Source: Aplysia californica (lineage: Eukaryota). From it: DNA of 64,000 nt. Under the pieces are notes generated by a model, which ran no database searches, had not been told where the DNA came from, and was given only the letters and a program-made list of their open reading frames with translations. Numbering within the stretch: position 1 is the first letter of the stretch; each line of letters begins with the position of its first letter. The DNA is taken from contig NW_004798010.1 of NCBI RefSeq assembly GCF_000002075.1, positions 24,836-88,835 of the forward strand. Direction: 5' to 3'. Positions 48,717 through 62,234 of the stretch are shown here, in pieces. Position numbers and translations under genes: made by a program.

Positions 48717-49342
48717 CAGGGTGATCCCAAAAAAACTGTACAACTTTTTTGTTGATAATTTCCTCCACACAAGTTTTGTGTTTCAAATTTGTACACAACA
48801 TTTTTGTCTGATATTGATTTTAGATAAATCCGCAGAATAGTTTTGCTCTACATAGCGCTTTAAAAAAAAAAAACCCATATTCAGCTATGTCCCCATTTTT
48901 GTAGCATGACGCACAAGTTTTCATTAGGCCTACCACTAAAAAACCCCAATGATTGCAACATATTGCAAACTACAGTAGCCTAACAGGCCGACAGAAGTTT
49001 GCAGATAGTTTTTCTCAAGTTTCGTTTGCCTGCTGAGATTATGGTTAAGATTAATAAAGAGCAGAGAGCTTTTTGTATTGAACATTTCCTCACCACCAAC
49101 TCGTTTGGTAAGTTTCACACAAGGTACGGAAATACTGTTAAAGTTAAAGTGCCCTGAAGGCTTTCTTTGATGCCAAGGGTGAAAATGGCCCATCAGATAG
49201 GACCTGCAGAGAGTCAGAACTAAAAATTCCCAGACAGAACGACCACTTCAGGTTATATCTGTTCCAAATGACAAAATTGTAGTACAAATTTAGTGCGAGA
49301 TGTTTTTTAAAAAAAGTTGTGCATTTTTTTTGGATCACCCTG
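48717..49342. mobile_element. mariner-like MITE
   Basis: ~33-bp TIR CAGGGTGATCCCAAAAAAACTGTACAACTTTTTT / AAAAAAGTTGTGCATTTTTTTTGGATCACCCTG|TA. Confidence 0.85.
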
Positions 49343-50437
49343 TATTTTTTTCCAATATTTGTTTCGATTTTCTTCTTAAAAGGAAGTTTGCAAAGTTTAA
49401 ATTGAAACTGATTTTAAAAAAGAACAGATTTGTCTGTTCTGTTTCAGTATGTGTACACATTTTTTAAAGAATGTTGTGTGTCTCTACAAGTTCTTCAGTG
49501 TAGGAAGCAGATTTGTAGGCGCTTATAGTAAAAGAATCAGATGAAAGACAAATCATCTGTTTTTATGATTGTGAGGTTAATATCTCCTGTGTAGCTAAAA
49601 GGGAAAAGTGAATGCAGTGCTTTTCTCCAATAAGATGGAGCAGTTAGGTTTATAGTGCCTGGTTCTTCCCTCTCTCCTTTCCACTGACCTGATGGATTAT
49701 AATTTCATCACACTAATGAGTGAAATGTTCACCCTTTTAATCTTTCGGTTAAGTCAAATTTTGTGTAATGGTTAGGTGCTTCACCATCGCTTGTAGAAGA
49801 CCTGAGTTTGATTCTCATTAGGGGAGATTTCTATCGAGTGTCTTGAACTTTTTCTCTTGGGACAGTGTGTCCCTCTCAGCTGGGGCTGGGGTTGGCCCTG
49901 ACAGGCAGGGTTAAGGCCTGCCTCATAAATGATCAAAATTCTGTTGATGAGTACCTGTATGTAAAAAGGGCCAACATTAAAACCAAAAAAAAATTCAGTG
50001 AAGTTTTCGATTTGTCTTTACCAAAGTACTTTTGGTACCTTGGCCTTTATCTTTTAACTTATTTTAAGTACCGTTCCCTTTTTCACTGTGCAGTTAGGTA
50101 TGGTCGGTACATAATGCAGTGTTCAACGGTTCATCAAACAGTGAAGTGTTCACCTTTTCATCACACAGTATTCTTAACTTTTTCATTATAGAGTAAAATG
50201 TATACAATTTCTAAATTTTTTCCAGCTGTTTTGTTTTAGAGCATAGTGTGTATCTTTTCCCTGTTCAGTTTAGTGTTCGCCTTTTCACAATACATGTATT
50301 GTTGGCAATGCATTTTGCCTCATCATCATTATGCAAAAAAAATTATGCTCTTTTATAGCACAGGTTTACTAACCCCATATGACTACTACTTTCTAATTAA
50401 GGAATTTTAAAAATCTTTTTTTAAAACCTTTTTTCAG

Positions 50438-50461
50438 ACTTCTGTCTCGTCTCACTGTTGA
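50438..50461 (+). CDS. CCDC62: CCDC62-like probable terminal coding exon
   Basis: ttttttcag|ACT TCT GTC TCG TCT CAC TGT TGA = TSVSSHC*; strong acceptor, phase 0. Confidence 0.6.
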   Translation, partial: TSVSSHC

Positions 50462-52508
50462 CCACTGTCCAGTCACCAGAGAAGAGATTGCTGCAGGGAG
50501 GTGCCATTTGGCCAGGGAATACACAGAATGAATTCACATTGTTTTTTTCCACTCGACAAATGAATCCTGCTGATGTGACTGTTGAAATAATTCAGGTTTA
50601 TCAAAGTGTCATACCCATTTTGAGGAAACTTGTAATTTGATTCATATGTCATGAAAGCCTGCTTGATGAATGATGATGAATCAAGTTACTTCACTTATCA
50701 CGCCAAAGCATCACCGAATGAATCCAGTTTGATGGATTTGCATTTTCTTTTGACAGAATAAATGAGAGCATCTGCCCATCTTTTGGTTTGTTACCAAATG
50801 AATCCAAACATTCTGTCTATCACATCTGCTCATTACATGAGTCTTGGGTTTTTCCTTCTTCTATGTAGCTGCTCAGAGACTGATTCATATCGGCCTGTCC
50901 ATCACATCCATAAAATGAATGAATTTAATTTGTCCTTTTCCAATATGTGTTCAAACAAATTGTCCTCATATCCCATCCATCATTTGAAAGCGCCATAAAA
51001 CCAATGCCATCCTAAACTATCCTATCAAATGTTTCCAGTTTTTTCATCAAGCCTTTTCTCAAAGAGAATGGAAATAAGTGTTTGGACCTATTGATACTCT
51101 TGTCACAGAATGAACCTAGGTGATCCGTATGTCATTCTCTGTTCTTATCCAGTCCAAATTGTTGATCTGTCATCAGCGTTTCTACCGAATGAGTCTTAGC
51201 CTTTAGTTTTGACTCTTAGAATTAGAAAGTCATGTTGTTTTAGTTCAGTAGCTCAGCCCTAACATCAATGGTACGTGGAGTAAAGTGGTTGTAATCTATG
51301 TGTCCACTGATTTTACTTCTTACCGAAAGTGGTAAATTTTTATCTCGGGGCTCCACTGTCTTTGTCTATCATTTGTTATCGTGATTAGACAGTTGAAGAG
51401 CTAGAATATGTAGTCCTGGGTTACTTCCACTCCACAGAGTGAGGACTAGCGTCTGTCTTGTAACTATAATGCTCTTTGCTTTTCATGCAAAGAGACATGA
51501 GTTTGCTTCCCTTGTGCAAATATATTTTTAGTATCTCCCCTTTCTGCTGACACATATCCCACACAGGCTGGGTTGGCTCTCACTGATAAGGTCGAAGCAT
51601 GCAACTTCTAAATGATCTTTATTGTAAATGAAAGGCTGTAAAACGTACTTTGCAATGACTCCCTATGCCAGCCTGTTTAATTCCAGCTCACTCCATCTCG
51701 AGTCGTAACCTGTTAGGCTTTAAAATGCCATCATTCATCTATTTTTATTCGGCTATTAGTTCCCCTCTGCATTGAGCGGCTTTGTCTCTCACCCATCATC
51801 ATGTCTTGCCAACTGGCTAATGCCACGACTGGTGCTAAAATTGATTTCATCGTAATATTTTAGATGAATTTGTTATACTTAAAGTGTGCCGACAAAAATA
51901 TCTGTGTTGATATTGAGAGGGATAATTTTCATGCCATGACGTTGTTTGACCTTAAGTTCTGCTGAGGACTTGAATATCTATCCTAAAAGTCACTTCTAGG
52001 TGAGGCCTCCTTGTAGAAGAAAGTTTTACAAAGCAGTAGGTAGTAATTTTCAATTCTTGCCTATCAAACACCTATCATCCTTACCGCTCCTCCTTCTTTT
52101 TTGTTACTCTCTTGTTACAACTCTAATCTTTGGCACTTATCTGGCCTAATTGTGTTGCAAGTGCTGTAAAACTCTTACTTAAACTAAACTGAACTGAGAT
52201 GTCAAGTTGTATTATCAAAGTGATCGCTTGCCTTTGAAGAGTTTTAACTGTGCGGTCAAGCCTCCCTGCCAAGTTACTGCCGTATTGACCTAAAAACATG
52301 CCCATCTTCACTTTGTTTATCTATGTTATATATCTATGCACATCAAGTCAGAGGTATTACACTGCTCTAGTATTGTGTAAAAAAATATGTTATACCGTTA
52401 TGCAAAACAGTTCCCTGTTACAGCTCTGTACAGCATTATTTCTGTACATATGTTCATATATGTGTATACTATTATGTTTGTATAATTTGTACAATATGTG
52501 TGAATATA

Positions 52509-53765
52509 TGTGTCACAACATGGCAGAATCAGGTACTCGTCTATTTTTTGAATACATGAAGTTAGTGACATAATCTTAAATATTTGTCTTGCTTTTGATA
52601 AATAAGATAACCATGTAGGCCTATCTTGAAAAGAAGTCCATATTTGGGATTGAAGGAGGTGGGGTCGCCTGGTGTGTGTTACTGAGAGAATGGTGGCCAA
52701 AGTTTGGTAGTTTAATAATAATAATAATAATAGATAGCATTTGTATAGCGCATATCCCCGCTCAACAGCAGGCTCTATGCGCTTTACACTATATTATTAC
52801 CCCAGCAGACCATAGAACACTCCGAAACATTCTCAGCTTCCCGGGAAGCATACAGTGCAAGCAGCTGATTAAGCGCTCAAACACTAACAAACTGACAAGA
52901 TCTTTAGCTGTCTATAGCCGGGTACCCATTCCCACCTGGGTGAAGTGAGGAAAATTCGTGTAAAGTGCCTTTCCCAAGGACACAACGTCGGGTCCTTGAC
53001 GGGATTCGAACCCACGACCTTACGGTTGCGAGTCCGACTTTGATTAAAGACTTTCAAAGCTGAAGTGTTCTTGCAAACTGCAAATTTACACTTTTTGTGC
53101 CTTTGATCAACTTTTTCTGTAAAATCTTTACAGAAATGTGTCACAACGCAATGGAATCAGGCGCTCGTCAATTTTTGGGCATATGGATTTATCATGATCA
53201 TCTTAAAGATTATTCATTTGCCTTGCTGTCAATGAAAAAAATATATCCATTTATCTTGAATAGAAGTCGAGATATTTGTGATCGAAAGAGGTGGGGTTGC
53301 CTGGTTTCTGAAGTAAAATTAGCAAGAAAATGGCCTCCAAAGTTTGGTGACTTCCATAGCTTAAAGAGTCCTTGGAAACTAAATTTACATTTTGTGTACC
53401 TTTAATCAAAGTTTTTCCATAAAAACCACACTTTGAAGCGTTTTTTGAATAGACATACAAGGTGTTGAGCCAAAAAACACAAATTTGAAAAAAAATTTGG
53501 AAACTGGCCGCAAAATGCCGATTTCTCGGATATTATTATTTTGACAAGCGCCTGATTTCACCACGCTGTCTCACAAATGCGTTTTTAAGTAGACATTAAA
53601 GGTAATGCTCCCCCCTCCCCTCCCTCCCTCCCCACCAAAGAAGTGATTAAATAAATAAAAGTAAATTAGAAATTTAATAGAGGTTGCCCAACGGTCCCAA
53701 AAATTTATTGGTTTCTTTGATTTCATTATTTTGACGAGCGCCTGATTTCTCCATGATGCTTCAAA
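52509..53765 (+). mobile_element. Nested cluster: MITE A interrupted by SINE D (52713-53038, minus) and a second MITE A (53137-53575)
   Basis: The outer MITE sequence resumes after each insertion; the inner MITE is flanked by an AA duplication. Confidence 0.85.
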
Positions 53766-55272
53766 TACTTGTCCAGCATTCCAAATGTTTTCTCCTGTCT
53801 CAAGAGTCACCCTCTATGGTGTAGGGGTTAGACCCTTGACCGTTGCACATAGAAGATGTGAGTTTGATCACTGTGTGAAGAGTTGTACTATCGAGTGTTT
53901 CCGCCTGCTTGCTAGGATATTGTGTACTTCTCAGCCCTGGCTGGCCTTCTCTGGCATGGTGTAGGTGGTTGGCGGGTACTCTGGTGTAGTTTGCTCCTTT
54001 TTTCCTGGCAAATATCCTTCTCTCTCCTCCTTCCTTTTGGTGTTTGCTACTCTCTTGTGATTGTAACACATCTAATCTTCGTCACTGATATATGACCTGA
54101 TTGTGTTTCAAGTGTCGAAAAACACACTAAACTAAACAACTCAGCCCAGATTGGTTGTCAGATCTTAGGCATGTGTGTTTCAAGTGTCGAAAAACGCTTA
54201 GTAAAACTAAACTAAACAACTCAGCCCAGATCGGTTGTCAGATCTTAGGCATGGTCAAAGCAGCTTGCCTTCTGAATGATCTAAACTGTGTCAAGTGGGG
54301 CGTATAACGTTCACAATCATTCACAGTCGCCCAAGCTTACGTTCTCTCTCTCTCAGTCTGGCGGTGTTGTCTGGTGTTGAGAGAATCTACTATTGATACA
54401 TTTCTTCTACCACTGTGTATGATCACATACAAAGCGTTTTGTTATCCACGTTTCCGCACATATAATATATAGGGCCCTATGGTGTATATCTGACTCTGAG
54501 ATGAGTGAATGTGTATTGACCAAAGATGGAAAAAGTAAATGAATTTGAATAATAAAAAGTTGACATCGACATCTTCAAGCTGCCATTGGTATTTTAGATT
54601 TTCATTATATTTTCATTGTTGTTGTTGTTGTTGTTGTTGTTGTGTTTAGTGGACGATAAAAGCTTACTTACTTTTAGAGCTGCATTTTTATATTTTTACT
54701 TAATTCTAAATGCTAAGACAAACAGAATGGTTGTCTTTTCTATTAAATACATGATGTATGTATATATCTCGATTGTAAGGTATAAACGTTCTGTAGTCTA
54801 TATTCCTTTGAAGTCGCACATTGGTGGAGGTTGTGTAGTTGCAGTAGTAATGTATTAGTATTATTACTACACACACATGCACATTCATATACAGTTGAAA
54901 TTGTCCTAGACGGCCATCCATTGTTGAGTGGTTGTCTTGTCTTAGATAGGTGGATGTTTTTGTTTAGCGAAAACAGGGTGGGGGTGGTTGTTTGGACAGG
55001 TGATTGTCTTGGTCAGGTGGCCGTTAGGGCACGTCTGAGTATAATAATATAATGAACGCCTATATTCACAAGTGGTTGGTTAGCAGGTGCTCTTGTGTGG
55101 TTTGCTTCTCCTTTCCTATCAAACACATATCATCATTATCTCCCCTCTTTCTTTTTTGTGTTTGTTAATCTCTTTTCACATTTCTAATCTTCGGCGCTAA
55201 AGTGCTGCAAGTGCTGTAAAACGCTTACTAAGACAATGCGCACACAGACACACCCTCCCCCCACTCCCACAG

Positions 55273-55358
<86 letters not shown>

Positions 55359-55820
55359 GCATTAGGACCGCCTTACTCAACTTACTATGTGGATCGTAGT
55401 TCTGTAATGCCCTGAGGGCTGTCGAGCTAACTATGGGCGTCGAGACTTAGCTTCAATAGATATACCGTAATACTAATACAACACCTTACTACGTGTATTG
55501 TATAATGTTATATAGAAAAGGTAGCTCCGAGTGCATTAATTTGCTCGCGGAGGAAAGGGGTGGGAGAGAGGCGTATGGAGTACTNNNNNNNNNNNNNNNN
55601 NNNNNNNNNNNNNNNNNNNNNNNNNNNNNNNNNNNNNNNNNNNNNNNNNNNNNNNNNNNNNNNNNNNNNNNNNNNNNNNNNNNNNNNNNNNNNNNNNNNN
55701 NNNNNNNNNNNNNNNNNNNNNNNNNNNNNNNNNNNNNNNNNNNNNCTGGGGAACCTCCTATCCATCTATCTCTATCTATCCACCTCTGCCCTCTCCCCAT
55801 CCTTTCCTTCCCCTCCCCCT

Positions 55821-55893
<73 letters not shown>

Positions 55894-56244
55894 GTGCCCC
55901 CCCCCCCTTCTCTCTTCCTCAGGCGTTCAAATGCCTTTGAATAATATTATGCTCAAGGACAACAGTAAGACTAAGAATACCTTGCTGAGGTAATGAATGA
56001 AGTGAGACACCGAGGTCTGGTATCTATACAATCTGTTGTCTACAGCTACGGGCCGGTGGTCGGATACAATAGGTTGCGGTTTTGATCTTCCCTACTATAG
56101 AGGTTCTGGGTTTGAACCCGAGTTTAGTTCTTTATCTTTTTATTTTTTCTCGCCCTGCCAATAATTTTTAATTTATGCTGGTAAGATCACTTGTCGTGTT
56201 TTTGAACGAGTGTACATTATGATCAGATAAGATAGATTCTAATA

Positions 56245-56950
56245 AACATGTACTTTATTGTCCCGTGGGAAAATTTGTCTTGGCTGTACAGGATCGTAAA
56301 AACACGTGTAGGCATACATAAAAAATACATTATATATTATTGTAATTTAAATATTCAATATGAAAAGAAAAGTAAAACTTACAAATATATACGTATCACA
56401 TCAGATGCATCGTTGAACCACATGCAGGATTTTAATTACAAGACCTTTAGAGCTATATAAATACATACTCGAAAAAGCAATACACATTGATATTTATTCT
56501 GACAGTAACATTTTACTAGATGGTAAAAAAATTCGGATTTATCCTTCTTTGTTTGTTTTTAGAAGTACACATATCTGCCGTCACGTGATCTTACAATTTG
56601 TTGGGAAAGTGGGTGTGATGGGTCGTTTTTAATGCTGTTTATATTTTTTAGGCTTGGGATCTTATACATTTTATAGTTTCTTCAAGTAAAATCATATCCA
56701 GAGACCTTGCTGGAGATCTGAAAGAGCCTCGTTACAACTGGGCAGCGCCGGAAGTAGGTGAGTGGAACAAGATTGTATCTTGAACGTAAACAAGTATGCA
56801 GCATTTGAATTTTTTAAAAACTGTACAGAAAAAAGGAGCAGCTCTGGGGCGCTCTGTACACGTCCTCGGTTCTCTTGTACGGGTTTTTCGGCCCCATTCA
56901 ACTCAATTTATGATTTAAGGTATACCATTTATCGACCCTGCAGGTTCTCA
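56245..56950 (-). mobile_element. Degenerate LINE 3' end (L2/CR1-group-like)
   Basis: Minus-strand IKNDPSHPL..FLPS remnants and an AAATTTTCCCACGGGACAATAAAG-type tail. Confidence 0.45.
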
Positions 56951-57134
56951 TTATCAACTGCGTGCAGAGAGGGATACAATACCAACAAAAAAGACATAGA
57001 TGCTCGACTGAAAAACAAAATTCTTCGCTCACGGGAATCGAAGACGGGTCTTCTGTGTGTGACTGCAAGGCTCTTAACCACTACACCACAAAAGCAGGTG
57101 AATGTATCCCGGGGCGCTTGATTTTTTTCTCTAC

Positions 57135-57594
57135 AGTTCCGCAGCGCGGTGGAATCGGGCGCTCGTCAACCTTTTAAAAAAAATTGTGTTTTTTAGCATG
57201 ATATGGAATTATATCGGTATAATCTTAATGAAACCTGTTCATTTCTCTCTTGTTTTTCATGAATAAAATATTAATGTATGTTGAACAGAAGTCGAGGTGG
57301 GGTAGCGTGATATCAGAGGTAAACTTGACAAGAAAATGGCCGCCACAGTTTGCTGACCTCCAAAGCGAGACTGTCTTTTGAAACTATATTTAAATTTTGC
57401 CTTTCATCGACGCATTTCAGTTTCTCTAAAAGATCCAAACAGAAATTTGCTTTTGGAAGGTCACGAAAAGAGCTAAGTCCCCCTCAAATAAAATAAAAAT
57501 AAATAAAAAGTGTCCAACTGGTAAAGAAAACAAATGTTGGTTTCTTTGATTTCTTTATTTTGACGAGCGCCTGATTTCACTACGATGCCTCAAA
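57135..57594 (+). mobile_element. MITE family A
   Basis: GGTGGAATCGGGCGCTCGTCAA ... TTGACGAGCGCCTGATTTCAC. Confidence 0.8.
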
Positions 57595-57770
57595 CATAAA
57601 GAATTTTATGGGAATGGGGTGCAAATATGCACTCTTGTCTTGACACTGCACATTTCGTGTCGAGCAAACTCGTTTCTTTTGAAAACAGAAATCAGTAAAG
57701 CAATAGTTAAACAAACATTTACAGCAAGCTTAAACCGGTCTAACCACCTGTTTACAGAACTATTCTGAAG

Positions 57771-58014
57771 TTTTATCTTAAAAGACAGTATATCCAGTTT
57801 TGTAAAATGTTCAGGAGAGCAAAAAAGGATCACATCTTTGCCTCTCAATAGCCAGTCGCTTTGAATATCTTCAAAACCCTTTCCATATCCTATTTATTAA
57901 GATATCGGTACCAGACTAGGACAGAAATGTAAAGTGAGCCGCGTTTTAAGCTATCAGGAGGATCCGATTATTCAATTTAGTCCAAAACTGGATGTACTGT
58001 CTTTTACAATAAAA
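57771..58014. mobile_element. Inverted-repeat element (possibly Kolobok-like MITE)
   Basis: ~32-bp IR TTTTATCTTAAAAGACAGTATATCCAGTTTTG / CAAAACTGGATGTACTGTCTTTTACAATAAAA. Confidence 0.6.
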
Positions 58015-58179
58015 CCCCAGCATGAACCTCATAATGTTTTGCATGGCTTCGTTTCTAAGTGCTTTCTTTGAGTCCGCCCGAAGATTCTAAGAGAACAATA
58101 ATGTTTTGCCGTTTTACCTCGCGTCATACATGGGTACAGTTCGGTCGTTGCTCTGAACCTTTACTTCTTTAATTTTCCC

Positions 58180-58940
58180 TTGTCACGTTGGAGGCCACGA
58201 TACGAACTGCACTATACTGTGTTTGAAAACCTATAGTCCCTGATTTCTAATTCACTGTTGCTGCCCTTGATGAGTAGTTACCAATCTAGGCGAAATACCA
58301 CGCAAGTTTGGCAATGTGTGACATCATGGTTACATCGACGAAACCGACATTTAGCTGGCCGATGGGCAATTTTCATTTATTTATTTATTTTTTTGTTCAA
58401 CGGCTTTTATGTCAGTTTAAACACATTTCTGGTTGGATTGTACTGAAAAAACAACAACAACACATTGACCAAAGACGCTATAAAGTGTAAATTTGCAGTT
58501 TCCAAGAACTTTTACGCTTTAGAAGCACCAAACTTTGGCGGCAGTATTCTCGCTAACTTTACTTTGAGTCCTTATTGGTAAACATCGGTCGATCTCAGTC
58601 GTAGACTTTTCCTCTCAAAGAACCTTGTCATGTTGGAGGCCACAATACAAACTGCGCTATACTGTATTGGAAAACTGAGTCCCCAATTTCTTGTGTTCCG
58701 TTTGGCTCGATCAGTACTTTCCAATCTGGCGATGCTCCCCGCAAATATACGATTTGGTAGTGCTTTGCCATGTGGTGACATCGAAGAAAGCGATATTTTG
58801 TTGGCAATTTTTTTTTCAAAAATTCATTTTTTAAAAACAATTGATCAAAGGCTGAAACAAATGTACAATTAGCAGTTTCCAAGAACACTCAAGCTTTGGA
58901 AGTCAACAAACTTTGGCGGCCAATTTCTTGCTAATTTTAC
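58180..58940. repeat. Diverged ~440-bp tandem duplication containing inverted MITE A fragments
   Basis: TTGTCA.GTTGGAGGCCAC.ATAC.AACTGC.CTATACTGT recurs at ~58180 and ~58625. Confidence 0.7.
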
Positions 58941-59659
58941 GTCCCGTTCTTCATGGGTAACCATGGGTAGAAGTTACTGGATCAGTTCTTGCCTACCTGA
59001 GCGATGTTATTGTCCACACGTGAGAGATTTGATCATTTTGGTGGATGATTTTTTTGTGGGTGAATTTGGTGAGTGAATTTGGAGAGCGAAGAGGATCATC
59101 CCGATACTGACATATATTGCTTCATGCGCCGCTTGAAAATACCAATTTGTACATAAATAGGTGGTGGCGCGAAAAATGTAGCTTCCTAATAAAGAGAGCA
59201 AAAGGGACGCACAATCCTATATAAACTTAATAAAACTTTTTCCTTTTTTTCTTTGTCAGGTTTGGGAAGACACCGAGAACTCTGCAGGTATCACCCTGGA
59301 CGACTTTGGCATCTTGAACTTGTAANNNNNNNNNNNNNNNNNNNNNNNNNNNNNNNNNNNNNNNNNNNNNNNNNNNNNNNNNNNNNNNNNNNNNNNNNNN
59401 NNNNNNNNNNNNNNNNNNNNNNNNNNNNNNNNNNNNNNNNNNNNNNNNNNNNNNNNNNNNNNNNNNNNNNCATAAAAATATAAACCAAGAACCAAACAAA
59501 CAAGAAAAGAACAAAACAAGAACAAAAACAAAAACAAAACCCCACCAAAAAACAAGAACAAAGTCAGAATGAAAAACCAGAACAAACTAACTGGTGCCTG
59601 CTTTGGAGGTCAGACCAATTTTTATTTCTTTACATATTCTTTCTTTCTTTCATTAGGGA

Positions 59660-59722
<63 letters not shown>

Positions 59723-60454
59723 TGTGTGGGAGGGGGGGTGGAGGTAATGGTAGACCGTGAAACATAATAATGTTATTCTAACTTTCCGTGCCCGAAACCC
59801 GCCTTTCGTGAGCTTTGAATTATTATTGTTTTGGGTTGTTTTCAAGGCTTTTCACTCACAGTTATGACTGTCCGGTGTGAGTCGAAGCGGAGATAAACGT
59901 TTATTTCGGAGGTACTAGCTTTTGATCGATTCGTCATTGGTCCGTTATTGTGTTGATAGTGGTGTTCAAGTTATACCTTAACAAATCATAACTTTGTTTT
60001 TGGTGTTCCTGACGAGACATTTTTGAACTGATGTTTTAATTTTGGAAATACTTATTTATAGCCCTCCTCCCCTTTCACCCCCCCCCCCCAAAAAAAAAAT
60101 TAAAAAAATTAATGATAATAGCATTTGTATTGCACAAATACCCGCTCAAAAGCAAGCTTTATGCGCTCCACAATCTATACTATTACCCCAGCAGACCTGA
60201 GAGCATTCTGAAACAACCTCAACTTCCTGTTAGGTCGTATCCGTGAGGGACGTTAAATCGAAGTTCAAGCAACATTAAATTATGCCCCTGCTGCACCGTC
60301 TGGTGTCGGACGTCTTCCATGAGTTGACTTCTTCAGTGGGGTCAGGGATAAAGTCATAGTTTACCAATCCTGGTTCTGGTTGAAATCAAGTCTCTCAACT
60401 TTTTTTTTTCAATGCTGGTGTTTTCACGCCCCCATCGATACAATTCAGCCTATT

Positions 60455-60895
60455 TGTGGCACGGCTCGGTGGAATAAGGCGTTCGTCAATTTTGGGGCTT
60501 ATTGAGTTATTTGTATCATCTGAAAGCTGATTCATTTGCCTTGTGGTCAATGAAAAAAGTACCCATATATCTTGAACAAGTCATAATGTTTACGATCGAA
60601 GGAGGTGGGATCGCCTGGTTTCGGAGGTAAAATTAGCGAGCAAGTGGCCGCCAAAGTTTGATAACTTCAATATCTTGAGAGTCCTTGAAAATTGAAAAAA
60701 TGTCATATTTTGTGGCTTTAATCAACGTTTTTCAGTAAAAATTCACCTGGAAATATGTTTGTATACGGACGTATAATGTGTTGAGCAAAAAAAAAAAAAA
60801 AGATAAAAATTGCCAAACTAGCAGAAAAATGCCTGGGTTTTTTTTTTCGATTTCATTATTTTGACGAGCGCCTGATTTCACCACGATGTCTCACA
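60455..60895 (+). mobile_element. MITE family A inserted into SINE E (60416-61090, minus)
   Basis: TGTG..CACA flanked by TT/TT; the SINE E tail continues on both sides. Confidence 0.85.
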
Positions 60896-62234
60896 TTTAT
60901 AACAGGCGAACTTCCATCCCTGCTTGTCAGGGCTAGCCTGGGCTGAGAGGGATACAACATCCAAGCAGTACAAGACCGAGATAGTCGATAAAAATACATG
61001 TATTATCCGTACATCATTGTCCGTACTGAGGAATCGAATTCGGGTCTCCTGCGTGCGAGAGCGAAGTACATAACAGGCTGCATCACGCCACAGACGCTGA
61101 TCTCTTAGCTGTGAATATCAGGAATATTTTAGACTTATTCACTTCATCGATTTAATGTCTACCCATGGTTTGATTTACGGTCGTTTCATAATAATATCTT
61201 TTTTGAAGCATTTGAAATTAATTAATCAGGCACATACTATTACGTCCTTTTGGCGGTCTTTTTCGTGTTTTTTTTTTTTGTTAAGAACTAAGGTGATATC
61301 ATGAGCAAGGGGGACACATTAAACATTTTCAGTTTGATAGGAATTAATTTTGAATTTTGACCGGGTGGGGGCCGAAGCCTACTCTTATCGAAATGTTATA
61401 GCCCTTATCCGAGAAGGCTATATAATAGGTGTTAGATCTTACCTGCCCTAAGACAGCATTAAGAAGGAGCCAAGGAAGCAGTGGAAGGGCTGCAGAGAGA
61501 GTCAGGAGTCTAGAGGAGGGGAAACAGGGGGAGGGGGCGGGGGCCGAAATTGGAGACGAGAGCAGACGACAGAACATCGTTAGAGAGCAGGAAAAGAGGT
61601 GAAAGGAGTATATTTCAGAGGTTTCGATCCCAGGACCTATTGAAAGAGAGGCTAGCACCTTGACCTTTACACCACAAGAGCCCTCTTTTCTTGTAGGTCC
61701 AAAGGCAACAGGGTTTGGCAAAGAAACAGAATAGTAGCTTATAATATCCTGTCGGGGATTCAAACTAGAATCAAGGACATCAAAGTCCAGCATGATACTA
61801 GCTTAGCTGCTGAAGCTCAAACAACGTTAATAGTTTTGTTTTTTGAAAAGCAAGGATTAGTGATGAAAATGTCCACGGTATGTAAATCCCACTTAATTAG
61901 TTTGATAATTCTTCCAACAGCAGGTGTGATAAATAGCCAAAGGGATTGTCTTTTTGTATAACGTGTCCTTCTTCAAATTATGAGTGTATATTATGTATTT
62001 GAAAGAATGGTTGCTCGCTTAATGGGTAAATAATATAATAATGTTATGCATGGAACTTTGATTTAAGTCGTACCTTATTATGAAGCCCGTTAGATCCACT
62101 GGGGAGTGGGCCCTATAGAAATGATATTTATCATATTTTCTTCTTCTTTTTCTTCTTCTTCTTCTTCTTCTTCTTCTTCTTCTTCTTCTTCTTCTTCTTC
62201 TTCCTTCTCCTTCTTCTTCGTCTTCTTATTAAAC

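Noticed and set aside
58997-59185. Selenoprotein exon (one frame has a single in-frame TGA)
   Set aside because: No recognisable selenoprotein motif, and I could not identify a SECIS; a single TGA is expected by chance.
61344-61793. 149-aa minus-strand ORF
   Set aside because: It reads through SINE C and a decayed tRNA-like head.
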